A stretch of 64,000 nt of DNA from Vulcanimicrobiota bacterium (GTDB taxonomy: Bacteria > Vulcanimicrobiota > Vulcanimicrobiia > Vulcanimicrobiales > Vulcanimicrobiaceae), in the NCBI GenBank assembly GCA_963833095.1, contig CAWHWQ010000008.1, positions 64,001-128,000 of the forward strand. The letters run 5' to 3'. The notes beneath the pieces were generated by a model. It was not told the DNA's origin. It worked only from the letters and a program-made list of their open reading frames with translations, and ran no database searches. Within the stretch, counting starts at the first letter, position 1, and the number at the start of each line of letters is the position of its first letter. The position numbers and the translations under genes are program-made. Positions 32,761-44,527 of the stretch are shown piece after piece.

Positions 32761-33135
32761 CTAGTGGCCGGTCAGGCGCAGCTTGGCGTTGGCGAAATCG
32801 ATGCGGCTGCTCTGCCGTCGGTCGCGCGTGCCAGCTCCTCGCGGGTCTCGCAACGTCGACGTCCTCGAAGCGCAGCGCCTCGTCGACCAGCACGGTGACC
32901 CGGTCGGGCAGCGCCTGCATGAAGCCTTCGCCCGTGGCGAGTTCGAGCCGCTGCGTGTGCCGTCTTGACGACGTTGGCGCGTAGACGACCCGGGCTTGAG
33001 CGCGGCCAGAAACGGCGCGTGCTGCGGCAGGATGCCCTCCTCGCCTTCGGTCGTCACCGCAATCACCAGCTCGGCGTCGCCTTCGAAGACGAGCTGCGTG
33101 GGCGTGATCAGCTTGAACGGCACGGTGCTTGCCAT
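32761..33135 (-). CDS. atpC: ATP synthase epsilon (frameshifted)
   Basis: LITP...EGEEGILPQHAPF; operon position. Confidence 0.88.
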   Translation of the reverse strand: MASTVPFKLITPTQLVFEGDAELVIAVTTEGEEGILPQHAPFLAALKPGSSTRQRRQDGTRSGSNSPRAKASCRRCPTGSPCWSTRRCASRTSTLRDPRGAGTRDRRQSSRIDFANAKLRLTGH

Positions 33136-33138
33136 CGC

Positions 33139-34625
<1,487 letters not shown>

Positions 34626-34628
34626 CTT

Positions 34629-35519
34629 TTATCCCTTTACCAGTGCTTCCGCGCCGGCGACGATTTCGAGGAGTTCTTTGGTAATCGCGGCTTGGCGCGC
34701 GTTGTTCATTTGAATGGTGAGCTCGTCGATCAATTTACCGGCGTTATCGGTCGCGTTGTTCATCGCGACCAACTGCGCGGCAAAAAACGCCGCATCGGTT
34801 TCGAGCATCGCCGAAAAGATCGTGAACTCGAGATATTTCGGCAGCAACCGCGAAAGCACGAATTCGGGCGAAGGTGCGAATTCGACCGCACCCTTCGCAC
34901 TTCGAGACGCCGCCTGCGGAGGCTCCTCAGTGTGACCTGCCGCTAGCGAGTCTCGTAGATCGGCACGAGTGTGCGCGTTTCGGGTTTCTGGGAGAGCATC
35001 GAGATCGAGCTTCGAGCAGATCAGCACGATCTCGGAGATCTTGCCGTCGATGAAGTCTTCGGTGACGCGTTGCGCGACTTCGCGCGCGACATCGAGTTTC
35101 GACGGCACGTTGAGCGCCCAGGTCGGCCGGTCGCCGTCGCCGAAGCGGCGGACGGCGTTACGCGCCTTGATACCGACCGTGTACCAAGCGACGTCTTTAT
35201 GCTCGCGCGCAAACTGCTCGGCCGCGCGAATGACGTTTGAGTTGAACGCGCCGGCCAGTCCTTTATCGGCGGTCATCAGAATCACGCCGAGCGGTGCGCT
35301 CGCTTTTCCGGGCTTCATGAACGGGTGATCGACCGAGGATACGGCCGCCATCAGATCGTGCAGCATCTCCGCAAGCGCATCCGCATACGGACGCGCTTGT
35401 TTCTGCGCCTGTTCGGCGCGGCGGATCTTCGCAGCGGCGACTTGCTTCATCGCCTTGGTGATCTGCTGCGTATTCTTCAGCGATCGTATCCGGTCGCGAA
35501 GATCTTTAACGCTTGGCAT
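34629..35519 (-). CDS. atpG: ATP synthase gamma
   Basis: [41 protein letters not shown]. Confidence 0.97.
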   Translation of the reverse strand: MPSVKDLRDRIRSLKNTQQITKAMKQVAAAKIRRAEQAQKQARPYADALAEMLHDLMAAVSSVDHPFMKPGKASAPLGVILMTADKGLAGAFNSNVIRAAEQFAREHKDVAWYTVGIKARNAVRRFGDGDRPTWALNVPSKLDVAREVAQRVTEDFIDGKISEIVLICSKLDLDALPETRNAHTRADLRDSLAAGHTEEPPQAASRSAKGAVEFAPSPEFVLSRLLPKYLEFTIFSAMLETDAAFFAAQLVAMNNATDNAGKLIDELTIQMNNARQAAITKELLEIVAGAEALVKG

Positions 35520-37019
35520 TAGAAGCTCTTATTGAACTCCGTGAGCGCCGTTCGAGCTGCTTCTTGTTTTCGTCGGAAAGCTGTCCGCTCGACGCGATCG
35601 CCTGGGGAACCGCGGCGTACTTCTGCGTGCAGGAAGTCGATGAAGCCACGCGCCCAATCCTGCAGACGCGGCGTCGGCATGTCGTTGACGAAGCCGTTGG
35701 TCGCGCCGTAGAGCAGCGCGACTTGATCTTCCATCGTCATGCGGCTGATACTGCGGCTGCTTGAGCAGCTCGGTGATCTTCTCGCCGCGCAACAGCTGCA
35801 TTTGCGTCGGCTTGTCGAGATCGCTCGAGAGCTTGGCGAAGGCCGCGAGATCGCGGTATTGCGCGAGTTCGAGTTTGAGTTGGCCGGCAACCGATTTCAT
35901 CGCCTTCGTCTGCGCCGAACCGCCGACGCGCGAGACCGAGAGACCGACGTCGACGGCGGGACGGATGCCCTGGAAGAACAGTTCCGGCGTCAGGTAGATC
36001 TGACCGTCGGTGATCGAGATCACGTTGGTCGGAATGTACGCGGCGAAGTCGCCGGCTTGCGTTTCGATGATCGGCAGCGCGGTCATCGAACCGCCGCCGA
36101 GTTCGTCGGAGAGTTTCGCCGCGCGTTCGAGCAAGCGCGAATGCAGGAAGAAGACGTCGCCCGGATAGGCTTCGCGGCCCGGCGGACGGCGCAGCAGCAG
36201 CGACATCTCGCGATACGACTGCGCGTGCTTGGTGAGATCATCGTAAATGATCAGCACGTCTTTGCCCGCATACATCAGTTCTTCGCCCATCGCGCAGCCG
36301 GCGAACGGCGCGATCCAGCGCAGCGCGGCGGCTTCGGCCGGGCTAACGGCGACGATGGTGGTGTATTCCATCGCGCCTTTTTGTTCGAGCACTTGCGCGA
36401 GCGCGGCGACGGTCGAGTTCTTCTGACCGATCGCGACGTAGATGCAGAAGACGTTCTTGCCTTTTTGATTGATGATCGTGTCGATCGCGATCGCCGTCTT
36501 GCCGGTCGAACGGTCGCCGATGATCAGCTCGCGCTGGCCTTTGCCGATCGGAATCAGCGCGTCGATCGCGCGGATACCGGTCTGCAGCGGCTGCTTGACG
36601 CCTGGCGTTGCACGACGCCCGGCGCGACGTTTTCGATCGTGCGATAGTTTTTCGTTTCGATCGGGCCCTTGCCGTCGATCGGCTGGCCGAGCGGATTGAC
36701 GACGCGTCCGAGCAGCGCTTCGCCGACCGGAACCGAGGCGATGCGGCCGGTGCGGCGGACTTTGTCGCCTTCTTTGATGTCTTTGTCGCGGCCCATGATC
36801 ACGACGCCGACGTTGTCCTCTTCCAGGTTGAGCGCGACGCCTTGCATGCCGTTGCGGAACTCGACCAGTTCGGACGCGCGCACGCCGCGCAGCCCGTAAA
36901 CGCGCGCGAGGTTGGCGCCGACTTCGATGACCGTGCCGACTTCGTCTTCTTGGACGCCGCGCTTTGAAGCTCGCGATCTGCTGCTTGAGGATTCCGGCGA
37001 TTTCGTCTGCGTTAATCAT
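35519..37019 (-). CDS. atpA: ATP synthase alpha (frameshifted)
   Basis: [29 protein letters not shown]. Confidence 0.97.
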
Positions 37020-37130
37020 CGTAAAAAGGCGCTCCGATCTAATCTCCGCGCCCCCCACTCCGTGGGGCCCCCGGTAGCGGGGCGCGTTAACAAATTGGTT
37101 AGAAAAAGATTCCCCTGGGGCGCCGCCACG

Positions 37131-37676
37131 TTAGTTGCCGCTCGCAAAAAGCGTTCGGGTCAGTTCTTCCAAGCGGCCCGCCACCGAGCCGTCGATCACG
37201 CGGTCGCCCATCGCGATGCGCACGCCGCCGATCAAACTCGGATCGTAGCGGACGTCCGCTTCAAATTTCTTGCTGTAGAGACGTTCGAGCTGCTCGACGA
37301 TCGCGCGAACTTCGGACTCGGACAGTTCGCGCGCGCTCGTGAGCGTGAGCGGCTCGACGCCGCGCGCCGCCTGCTCCAGCTTGCGATATTCCGACGACCA
37401 ATGCGTCGAGCAGCGCTTCGCGACGCTTGCGTACCAGAAGCAACAGCGTGTGGAGCGCGATCGTTCCGACCTTCCCTTGAACGCGGCCGTGAAAGCGTGC
37501 TCTTTGTCGCCGCGCGCGACCACCGGCGAAACGAAGAAGTCGGCGGTGGCGGGGTCCGCGTCGATCGTGCGCTCGATCATCTCGAGCTCGCGACCCGACA
37601 GCTCGACTGCGTTCGCGTCGTTCGCCAGGGAGAAAACCGCAGTTGCGTAGCGGCGGGCGAGTGTTTCGTTAGCCAC
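37131..37676 (-). CDS. atpH: ATP synthase delta
   Basis: LARRYATA; DPSLIGGV...VIDGSV. Confidence 0.93.
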   Translation of the reverse strand: MANETLARRYATAVFSLANDANAVELSGRELEMIERTIDADPATADFFVSPVVARGDKEHAFTAAFKGRSERSRSTRCCFWYASVAKRCSTHWSSEYRKLEQAARGVEPLTLTSARELSESEVRAIVEQLERLYSKKFEADVRYDPSLIGGVRIAMGDRVIDGSVAGRLEELTRTLFASGN

Positions 37677-38148
37677 GGAGCGACGCCAGGAATTCTTTCA
37701 TCAATTGGGCATTGACGTTCGCGTCGATCCGCTGCGCGGCGCTTTGCCGCGCGATATCGAGCGCCTTAGCGGCGAGATCCTCGCGCATGCGCTCGCGGGC
37801 GGCGTTACGCGCGCGTTCGAGTTCACCTTGCGCATTGCGCACAAGGCGGTCGCCCGCCGCGCGAGCCTCCGCGACGATGGCGTCGCGCTCGTGCTGCGCC
37901 CGCTCTTTAGCGCGCTCGAGGATAGTCCGCGCGTCTCGCTTGGCGCCATCGATCTCGTGACGCAGCGCTTCGAGCGCCGCCTTCATCTCGTCGCGATGGC
38001 GTTCAGCCTGCGCGATGCGTTCGTTACTGGACTTTTGCGCCGAAGCGATCGCCGGCGTAACCCAATTCGCCACCGCCCAAATAATGAACGCAACGAACAG
38101 CACAAAACCGGCGATTTGGCTCCAAAAGGCGATTGCGTCGTAGTTCAC
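37669..38148 (-). CDS. atpF: ATP synthase b
   Basis: Single TM plus coiled coil; operon position. Confidence 0.88.
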   Translation of the reverse strand: MNYDAIAFWSQIAGFVLFVAFIIWAVANWVTPAIASAQKSSNERIAQAERHRDEMKAALEALRHEIDGAKRDARTILERAKERAQHERDAIVAEARAAGDRLVRNAQGELERARNAARERMREDLAAKALDIARQSAAQRIDANVNAQLMKEFLASLRG

Positions 38149-38576
38149 GCGTGAATCTCCGGCAGGATACGCCCTACGATGCTCTCGGCAAGTTCCTGAG
38201 CGAGCGCGCGTTCACGAGGACGCACCGCCTCGACTTCACTTGCGACCTGCCGGTCCGCGTCATCGACGATCTGCCGCACTTTTTCGCCGTAATCACTTGC
38301 GAGCTTGGCGGCCTCGTTGCCTCCCTCATTGCGAGCGGCGGCGACCAGGTGATCCGATTCGCTCCGCGCATCGGCACGCACTTGCTCGGCCCGCGCGCGA
38401 AGCTCCGTCGCCTCCGCCTGCGCCCGGTCGTACTCGTGCGTGAGTCCTTCGATATACTCGCGCCGCTTCGCGATTGCGCTCTGCACGGGACGCAAAAAGA
38501 CCACGTACAAAATCGCGTAAAAAATCGCGAAGTTGACGAGTTGGACCCAAAACGTCCCGTCCGGCGTGAGAAACAT
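38145..38576 (-). CDS. ATP synthase b' (second b-type subunit)
   Basis: DGTFWVQLVNF...P...KRREYI. Confidence 0.88.
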   Translation of the reverse strand: MFLTPDGTFWVQLVNFAIFYAILYVVFLRPVQSAIAKRREYIEGLTHEYDRAQAEATELRARAEQVRADARSESDHLVAAARNEGGNEAAKLASDYGEKVRQIVDDADRQVASEVEAVRPRERALAQELAESIVGRILPEIHA

Positions 38577-38593
38577 CGGTCTTCGCGCGTTCC

Positions 38594-38875
38594 CTAGTGG
38601 CCGGCGAGCGCTTTGGCGACGAGCGGAATGCTCGAAGCGCCGAACAGGATGAACAGGCCCAGACCCAGCGCGATAAACGCGTTGGCTTCGACAAAGCCGA
38701 CGCCGATGATCAGGAACTGGAGGATGTTCGGGCGGGCCTCGGGTTGACGCGCGATCGCTTCAACCGCGCGTGCACTCACCATACCGTCGCCGATGGTCGT
38801 CCCGATCGCAAAGCCGGCGGCGATGATCGCAAATGCGATAACGCCGACTGCGGCGATGATAGTTTCAGGGCTCAA
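38594..38875 (-). CDS. atpE: ATP synthase c
   Basis: ARQPEA loop; VGFVEA carboxylate. Confidence 0.95.
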   Translation of the reverse strand: MSPETIIAAVGVIAFAIIAAGFAIGTTIGDGMVSARAVEAIARQPEARPNILQFLIIGVGFVEANAFIALGLGLFILFGASSIPLVAKALAGH

Positions 38876-38896
38876 CGTAGTGTCCTTTCTCGAGTA

Positions 38897-39631
38897 CTAG
38901 TGGTCGTCGGCCAGCGCCAACGAGAGATAGACGATGGAAAGCAACGCAAAGACGAACGCTTGCAGCAGCCCGACCAAGAAGTTGAAAATTTCTAAGAAGA
39001 ACGGCCCGAATCGCGGCCGCGAGCGAGAGATCGAAGGCGCCGATCTTGACCTGCGCCGTGATGATCTGAATGACGACGAAGAGCAGCAGTTCGCCAACGA
39101 AGATGTTGAAAAAGAGACGAGCGGCGAGCGTGGTCGGGCGCAGCACTTCTTCCAAAATGTTCAGAGGCAACATCGCCGGAAACGGTTGGGCGAGATGCTT
39201 GTAGAAGCCCGAGCCCCGCTTGCGAATGCCGCTGACTTGAATGACCACGAACACCAGGATCGCAAGCGCGGCGGCGGTGTTGATATCTGCGGTCGGCGAG
39301 CCGCCAAACGGCAAACGCAGCGGCTCTTTAAACGGAAACGCGCCGAACTCGTTGAGCAAAAAAATGAACATCGCGAGCGCGATAAAGAACGGTACGTACG
39401 GCTCGCCCTGTTTGCCCAGCGACCCGTAGGCGAGGTCGCGAAATAATTGATCACGCCTTCGATGAAGGTCTGGCGCTTGTTGACACGGGCGGAGTGATAC
39501 GACGCGCCGATCCAGGCAAAGAGCGGCAGCGTCACCGCCATGACGACCCAGGTCGTCAAAACGGTGTCGGAGTGCACGGTACCCAGCACGGGCACGTGCC
39601 AGAGCGCGTGTTCGCCGATTTGCTCGTGCAC
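38897..39631 (-). CDS. atpB: ATP synthase a (frameshifted)
   Basis: SPTADIN; RPTTLAARLFFN; LQAFVFALL. Confidence 0.93.
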
Positions 39632-39657
39632 GAGTTCTAAACTCTACTCTCTTACCT

Positions 39658-39948
39658 TTAGCGTTCGCGTGCCACGCCGACGGCGTAGGACGCGATGGGT
39701 GTCAAAAGACCGGCGATATACAAAAGGCAGCACCACCAGGGCCCGACCGCCGCAAACGCCACCGCGACTATAGCGAAGACCCCTACCCGGGATAAACTAC
39801 TTATGACGAAGGACTTGGAGGCACCGGATTCCGCCAACCGTTCTCCCGCCGCGTTCAAGAGCCGGAGATTGAGATAGCCGCAGAACAGGCCTACGGCTAC
39901 GGCAAGGACGGCAAACAGGATCGCGCGGGCGACAGGTAGGTACGTCAC
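39658..39948 (-). CDS. atpI: ATP synthase I chain
   Basis: Hydrophobic; LN...SSLSR pattern; directly upstream of atpB. Confidence 0.65.
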   Translation of the reverse strand: MTYLPVARAILFAVLAVAVGLFCGYLNLRLLNAAGERLAESGASKSFVISSLSRVGVFAIVAVAFAAVGPWWCCLLYIAGLLTPIASYAVGVARER

Positions 39949-39954
39949 CTTGGC

Positions 39955-40134
39955 CTATTTTCCCGCCTGAAGAAGCGCGCGGGCTGCGACCAGCCCACCC
40001 AGCAGAACGCCGGCGAAGAGGCCGGCGACAGCCCACAGAGCGGTCCCCGTTCGGTGGGCGAGCGCAAGGCCGCCGGCAAAGCCGGCAAGCACCATCACCG
40101 CAAAGGTCGACCCTGCCGTGAGCGCTGCCTTCAT
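39955..40134 (-). CDS. AtpZ/AtpI-family 59-aa membrane protein (below the ORF-track cutoff)
   Basis: MKAALTAGSTFAVMVLAGFAGGLALAHRTGTALWAVAGLFAGVLLGG; first gene of the atp operon. Confidence 0.7.
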   Translation of the reverse strand: MKAALTAGSTFAVMVLAGFAGGLALAHRTGTALWAVAGLFAGVLLGGLVAARALLQAGK

Positions 40135-40209
40135 CGTTCGTTCTCGCCACCTTCCAACGCACCGAGTATTATCGGGTTATGCAGTTCGACGGAACTTGGA
40201 GAAGCTACC

Positions 40210-40710
40210 GTGCCGCGCCGATCGATTGAACTCCGCGCCCCGGTCGCCCTTGCCGCCGGTGCCGCCCGCGACGCGCTGCTTCGCGTCATGCATGCGATAG
40301 GCCAGGGGACGGCAACGCCCGACCAGTTGAACCTCTCCGTGTATCTGCGCGATTTACACGCCGACGTTCGCGGCGAGGTCCGTATACCCGTGACCGTTGA
40401 CGTCGTCGATCGGCCGGCACGCTTCGAATATGCGATCACGATTCACGCGGCGTCGGACGAGGGATTCTTTCCGCGCTTCGAGGGCACGCTCAGCATTACG
40501 CCGGTCGGGACGCAAAGCGAACTGTGGCTGCAAGGGACCTACGACCCACCTTTTGGTCTCGTGGGCGCGGTGCTCGATCGCACCGTGCTCCGCCACGCGG
40601 CCAAACGCAGCTTGCAATCCTTTTTGCAGCGCATCGCCGACGATGTCGCGAGCGACGAACGCGCTACCGAAGAGCAGCACCAACGAAGCGTTCGTGGTAT
40701 GCAACAGTAA
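40210..40710 (+). CDS. Hypothetical protein, SRPBCC-like C-terminus
   Basis: FPRFEGTL...L.GTYDPPFGLVGAVLD; GGAG SD before GTG. Confidence 0.65.
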   Translation: MPRRSIELRAPVALAAGAARDALLRVMHAIGQGTATPDQLNLSVYLRDLHADVRGEVRIPVTVDVVDRPARFEYAITIHAASDEGFFPRFEGTLSITPVGTQSELWLQGTYDPPFGLVGAVLDRTVLRHAAKRSLQSFLQRIADDVASDERATEEQHQRSVRGMQQ

Positions 40711-40730
40711 TCCAAAGGCACAGGAGCTTT

Positions 40731-41222
40731 ATGTTCAACACCATGCTCGTCGCAGTCGACGAATCGCAAGCCTCCAAAGAAGCCTGCGATCTTGCCGTCA
40801 AGTTAGCGCTCGAGGACCATGCCAGCCTCGTGCTCGTCACTATCATCGACGTCGGCAAGCTCATCACGGTCGCCGGATACGATTCGCCCTATCCGGCCGA
40901 GACTCTCGACATCATGCGCAAGGCGGCGCAGAAGTTGCTCAACGAGAGCGGGGCTGCGTGCGAAGCGCAAGGTTTGAAGGTGAGCACCGCCGTGGGTGAA
41001 GGGGACGCGGTCGACGAGATCGTGCGCCTTGCGGATGCGTACGACGCCGGCCTCATTTGCATCGGTACGCACGGACGCGAGGGCCTTGCACGGCTCTTTG
41101 TCGGCAGCGTCGCTGAAGGCGTATTGCGACGCGCGAACGTTCCGGTGCTCGTCGTTCGCCCAACGTCAGAGCAAAGCAGCGTGAAAGGAAGCGGGGAAGC
41201 TGCCACCGCGCAGGCGCGCTAA
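40731..41222 (+). CDS. Universal stress protein
   Basis: MLVAVDES; IGTHGREGLARLFVGSVAEGVLR. Confidence 0.93.
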   Translation: MFNTMLVAVDESQASKEACDLAVKLALEDHASLVLVTIIDVGKLITVAGYDSPYPAETLDIMRKAAQKLLNESGAACEAQGLKVSTAVGEGDAVDEIVRLADAYDAGLICIGTHGREGLARLFVGSVAEGVLRRANVPVLVVRPTSEQSSVKGSGEAATAQAR

Positions 41223-42327
41223 CAACCAAGCGACGATGCGCGGCGCCGCGAGCCCGTCGCCGTACGGATTGGCCGCGCGCGCCATGCGCGCGTACGCTTC
41301 TGGATCGCTCAGTAGCCGGCTGCTGCGGCGACGATGGCGGCGCGATCGTGTCCGACCAGCTCGAGCGTCCCGGCCTCAAGGCCCTCGGGCCGTTCGGTTT
41401 CCTCGCGCATGACCAGCACGGGCTTTCCCAGCGTCGGTGCCTCCTCTTGCAAACCGCCCGAATCGGTGAGACAAAGGTGAGTGCTTTAACCGCGGCGACC
41501 ATCCGCGCGTAGTCGATCGGATCGACCAGCACGACGCCGGGACGCTGCCGAGCACGTCGTAGCGCGACCGGCGCGAACGTGCGGCGAGGGATGCACCGGC
41601 CAGTAGATCTGCGGACGCGAGGGCAACTGGGCGATATCGCCCATCGCTTCGCACATCTCGCGCATGATAGGGATGATTCTCGCGGCGGTGCGCGGTGACC
41701 AGCAGGATCGGCCGCGCCGGATCGAGTTCGTTCCAACGCGGCGGCTGCGGAAGATCGTTGCGTTGCGCGGTTTCGAGAAACGCATCGATGACGGTGTTGC
41801 CGGTCACGATGATATCGTTCGGGTCGACGTGTTCGTTCAGCGAGATGTTCGCGCGCCAGCGAGCGTCGGCGCGAAGTGGTACGACGCGATCGTGCCGGTC
41901 AGACGCCGGTTCATCTCTTCGGGATACGGCAGCCAGCGATCGTTGGTGCGCAGCCCGGCCTCGACGTGACCGACCGGAATTTGTTGATAGAACGCCGCCA
42001 GCGCTGCCGCGGTGCTGGTGGTCGTGTCGCCGTGCACCAGCACGACGTCGGGCCGCGCCTGCTGCGAGCACCGGCTCCATGCCCTCGAGCACGCGCGTCG
42101 TAATCTGCGTCAGCGTCTGATCGTCGGTCATGATAGTCGAGATCGAAGTCCGGCTCGATCGCAAAGAGTTCGAGCAAATCGTCGAGCATCTGCCGGTGTT
42201 GCGCGGTGACGCACACCGATCGTCGATGGCTTGCTCAGCGCGTAGCGCGTGCACGACCGGGCGCCATCTTGATCGTATCCGGGCGCGTCCCGAACACGGT
42301 CATGACGCGCAGCTTGTTTTGATTCAT
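41166..42327 (-). CDS. wecB: UDP-GlcNAc 2-epimerase, non-hydrolysing (frameshifted)
   Basis: [39 protein letters not shown]. Confidence 0.93.
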
Positions 42328-43401
42328 CTATAGCGTGTGGCGGAAAGACGTGAGTGAACTCGCCCGAGAGCACGAGAGCGACGAAACCCAGCACGAAGCA
42401 GACGGCATAGATCAGCAGCACCGCTTGGCGCACGTTCAACCCGAAGCGGAAAATCAGCTGGTGATGGAAATGTCCGCGATCGGCTTCGGTAATGCGCTTG
42501 CCTGCGCAGGCTCGCCGCACGATTACGGCAGCCGTATCGAGAATCGGCAACGCCAGCACGACGAGCGGGACAACGATGGAAATCGCGATCGCCGTCTTGC
42601 TCTCGCCGATGATCGACACGGTCGCAAAGACGAACCCGATGAAGAGCGACCCCGCGTCACCCAGAAAGATTTTCGCCGGATTGAAGTTATAGGGCAGAAA
42701 GCCGAGCGCCGCGCCGGCGAGCGCAATCACCACCAGCGCGACGACGGGATTCGCGTGCACGACTGAGATCGCGAAGAGAAACAGGCCCGAGATCAGCGTA
42801 AATCCCGAGAGCAATCCGTCGAGCCCGTCGATGAAGTTGATCGCGTTCATCATGCCGACGTACCAGAACAGCGTGAGCGGAATCGACAGCCACAAGGGAA
42901 AGTCGATCCAGTTGGTATGCGGGTTATGATCGAACGGATTCGTTATGCCCTGGATGATGAATCCATACAGCATCGAGACCAGCGCCACGACGATCTGCGC
43001 GATAAATTTGTTGCGCGGACGCATCCCCATGATGTCGTCCCAGAGACCTACACCTAAAATAAGCATCCCGCCGAAGAGCAGGCCGACAAGGCGATGCACG
43101 TTGTCGAACTGATCCGCGATGGCGTTGACCTTTTGATGGAGGTCCAAGTGCGCTATCGACGGGTAGAGCGCGTACGGCGAAGTCAGCGCAAATCCAAGCA
43201 CGGCAAAAAGCGCGAACGCAAAACCAAAGAAAACCGCTAGGCCGCCGATGCGAGGGGTCGGAACGTCGTGGACGCGCCGCTCCTCATTCGTTGCGTCGAT
43301 GATCTCGAGATGCGTCGCGAGCCGAATGACCAGCGGCGTCGCGCAGCGGCGACGGTCGCTGCAATTGCGAACGTCAAGAAGTAGATCAGCGCGGCCGTCA
43401 T
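42328..43401 (-). CDS. WecA/TagO (MraY family) GlcNAc-1-P transferase (frameshifted)
   Basis: NAINFIDGLDG; NFNPAKIFLGDAGS; DRGHFHH. Confidence 0.92.
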
Positions 43402-43843
43402 TGGCGCGCGCCTTCGAGTGAAGCAAACGGGCACGCAGCGCGACGCCGGCTTCGGCGAGCAGTTCGCGCCGCGACCGGGTCAGGATAGGGCTGATCGTAG
43501 ACGATCTTCACAACGCCGGCGCTGATGAGCAGCTTCGAGCAGTTGACGCACGGTTGATGCGTGCAATAAGCGGTCGCGCCTTGGAGCCCGACGCCGTGCA
43601 GCGCGCCCTGAACGATCGCATTAGCTTCGGCATGCGTTGCTCGTTGGCAATGATCGTTGACGACGATGCAGCCGGCCTCGGTGCAATGCGCCACGCCGCG
43701 CGGCGCGCCGTTGTACCCGGTGGTGAGAATGCGATGCTCGCGCACGAGCACGCGCCAACCGACGCGCGCGGGCACGTCGCGCGCGTCGCGACCGTTCGCG
43801 CGATCTGCATAAAGTACTCATCCCAGCCGGGACGGGCGCTCAT
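43398..43843 (-). CDS. dCMP deaminase family protein (frameshifted)
   Basis: RPGWDEYFM, TGYNG, HAEANA, PCVNC. Confidence 0.92.
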
Positions 43844-44511
43844 GCGTTCCTCGCGCGCACCGCAGCCGGCACGGATGTGAGGCTTCCGAACATGCGATCT
43901 CCGGCATCCCCTAAGCCCGGCACGATGTAGGCGTGATCGTTGAGGCCTGCATCCAGCGCGGCCGTCACGATGGACACCGCGGGATGCGCGGCGTGTATGC
44001 ACCGCACGCCTTCCGGCGCAGCGATCACACAAACGAAGGTCAGCATTCGAGCGCCGCGCTCCACGAGCGCATCGAGGGCGGCGACGCCCGAATGCCCGGT
44101 CGCGAGCATCGGATCGAGCACAAACACGTGACGATCTTCAAGCTGTGGTGGCACGTTAGCGTAATACGGAACGGCGCGCAGCGACTCGGGATCGCGATAG
44201 AATCCAAGGTGCGCGACAACGGCGTCGTCGATAACACTGAGGAAACCGGGCAAAAGCCCGAGGCCGGCGCGCAAAACCGGAGCGACGACCGGGCGCGTTG
44301 CAATGCGTTGAGCATTCGTTTCGATCAGCGGCGTCGTGATGCGTTCGTCACGCAGCGGTAGCGATCGCGTCGCTTCGTAAGCCAGAAAGACGCCAAGCTC
44401 TTCGATCAGCGCGCGAAACACCGGCGTCGGTGTCGAACGGTCGCGTAGTCGCGCGAGACGATCGGCGACGGCCGGATGATCAACGAGGTGGAGGCTTTGG
44501 CTCCCGGGCAT
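43840..44511 (-). CDS. upp: Uracil phosphoribosyltransferase
   Basis: VLRAG, LDPMLATG, YIVPGLGDAGDR. Confidence 0.96.
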   Translation of the reverse strand: MPGSQSLHLVDHPAVADRLARLRDRSTPTPVFRALIEELGVFLAYEATRSLPLRDERITTPLIETNAQRIATRPVVAPVLRAGLGLLPGFLSVIDDAVVAHLGFYRDPESLRAVPYYANVPPQLEDRHVFVLDPMLATGHSGVAALDALVERGARMLTFVCVIAAPEGVRCIHAAHPAVSIVTAALDAGLNDHAYIVPGLGDAGDRMFGSLTSVPAAVRARNA

Positions 44512-44527
44512 GAAAGTCGGGTTTGTT

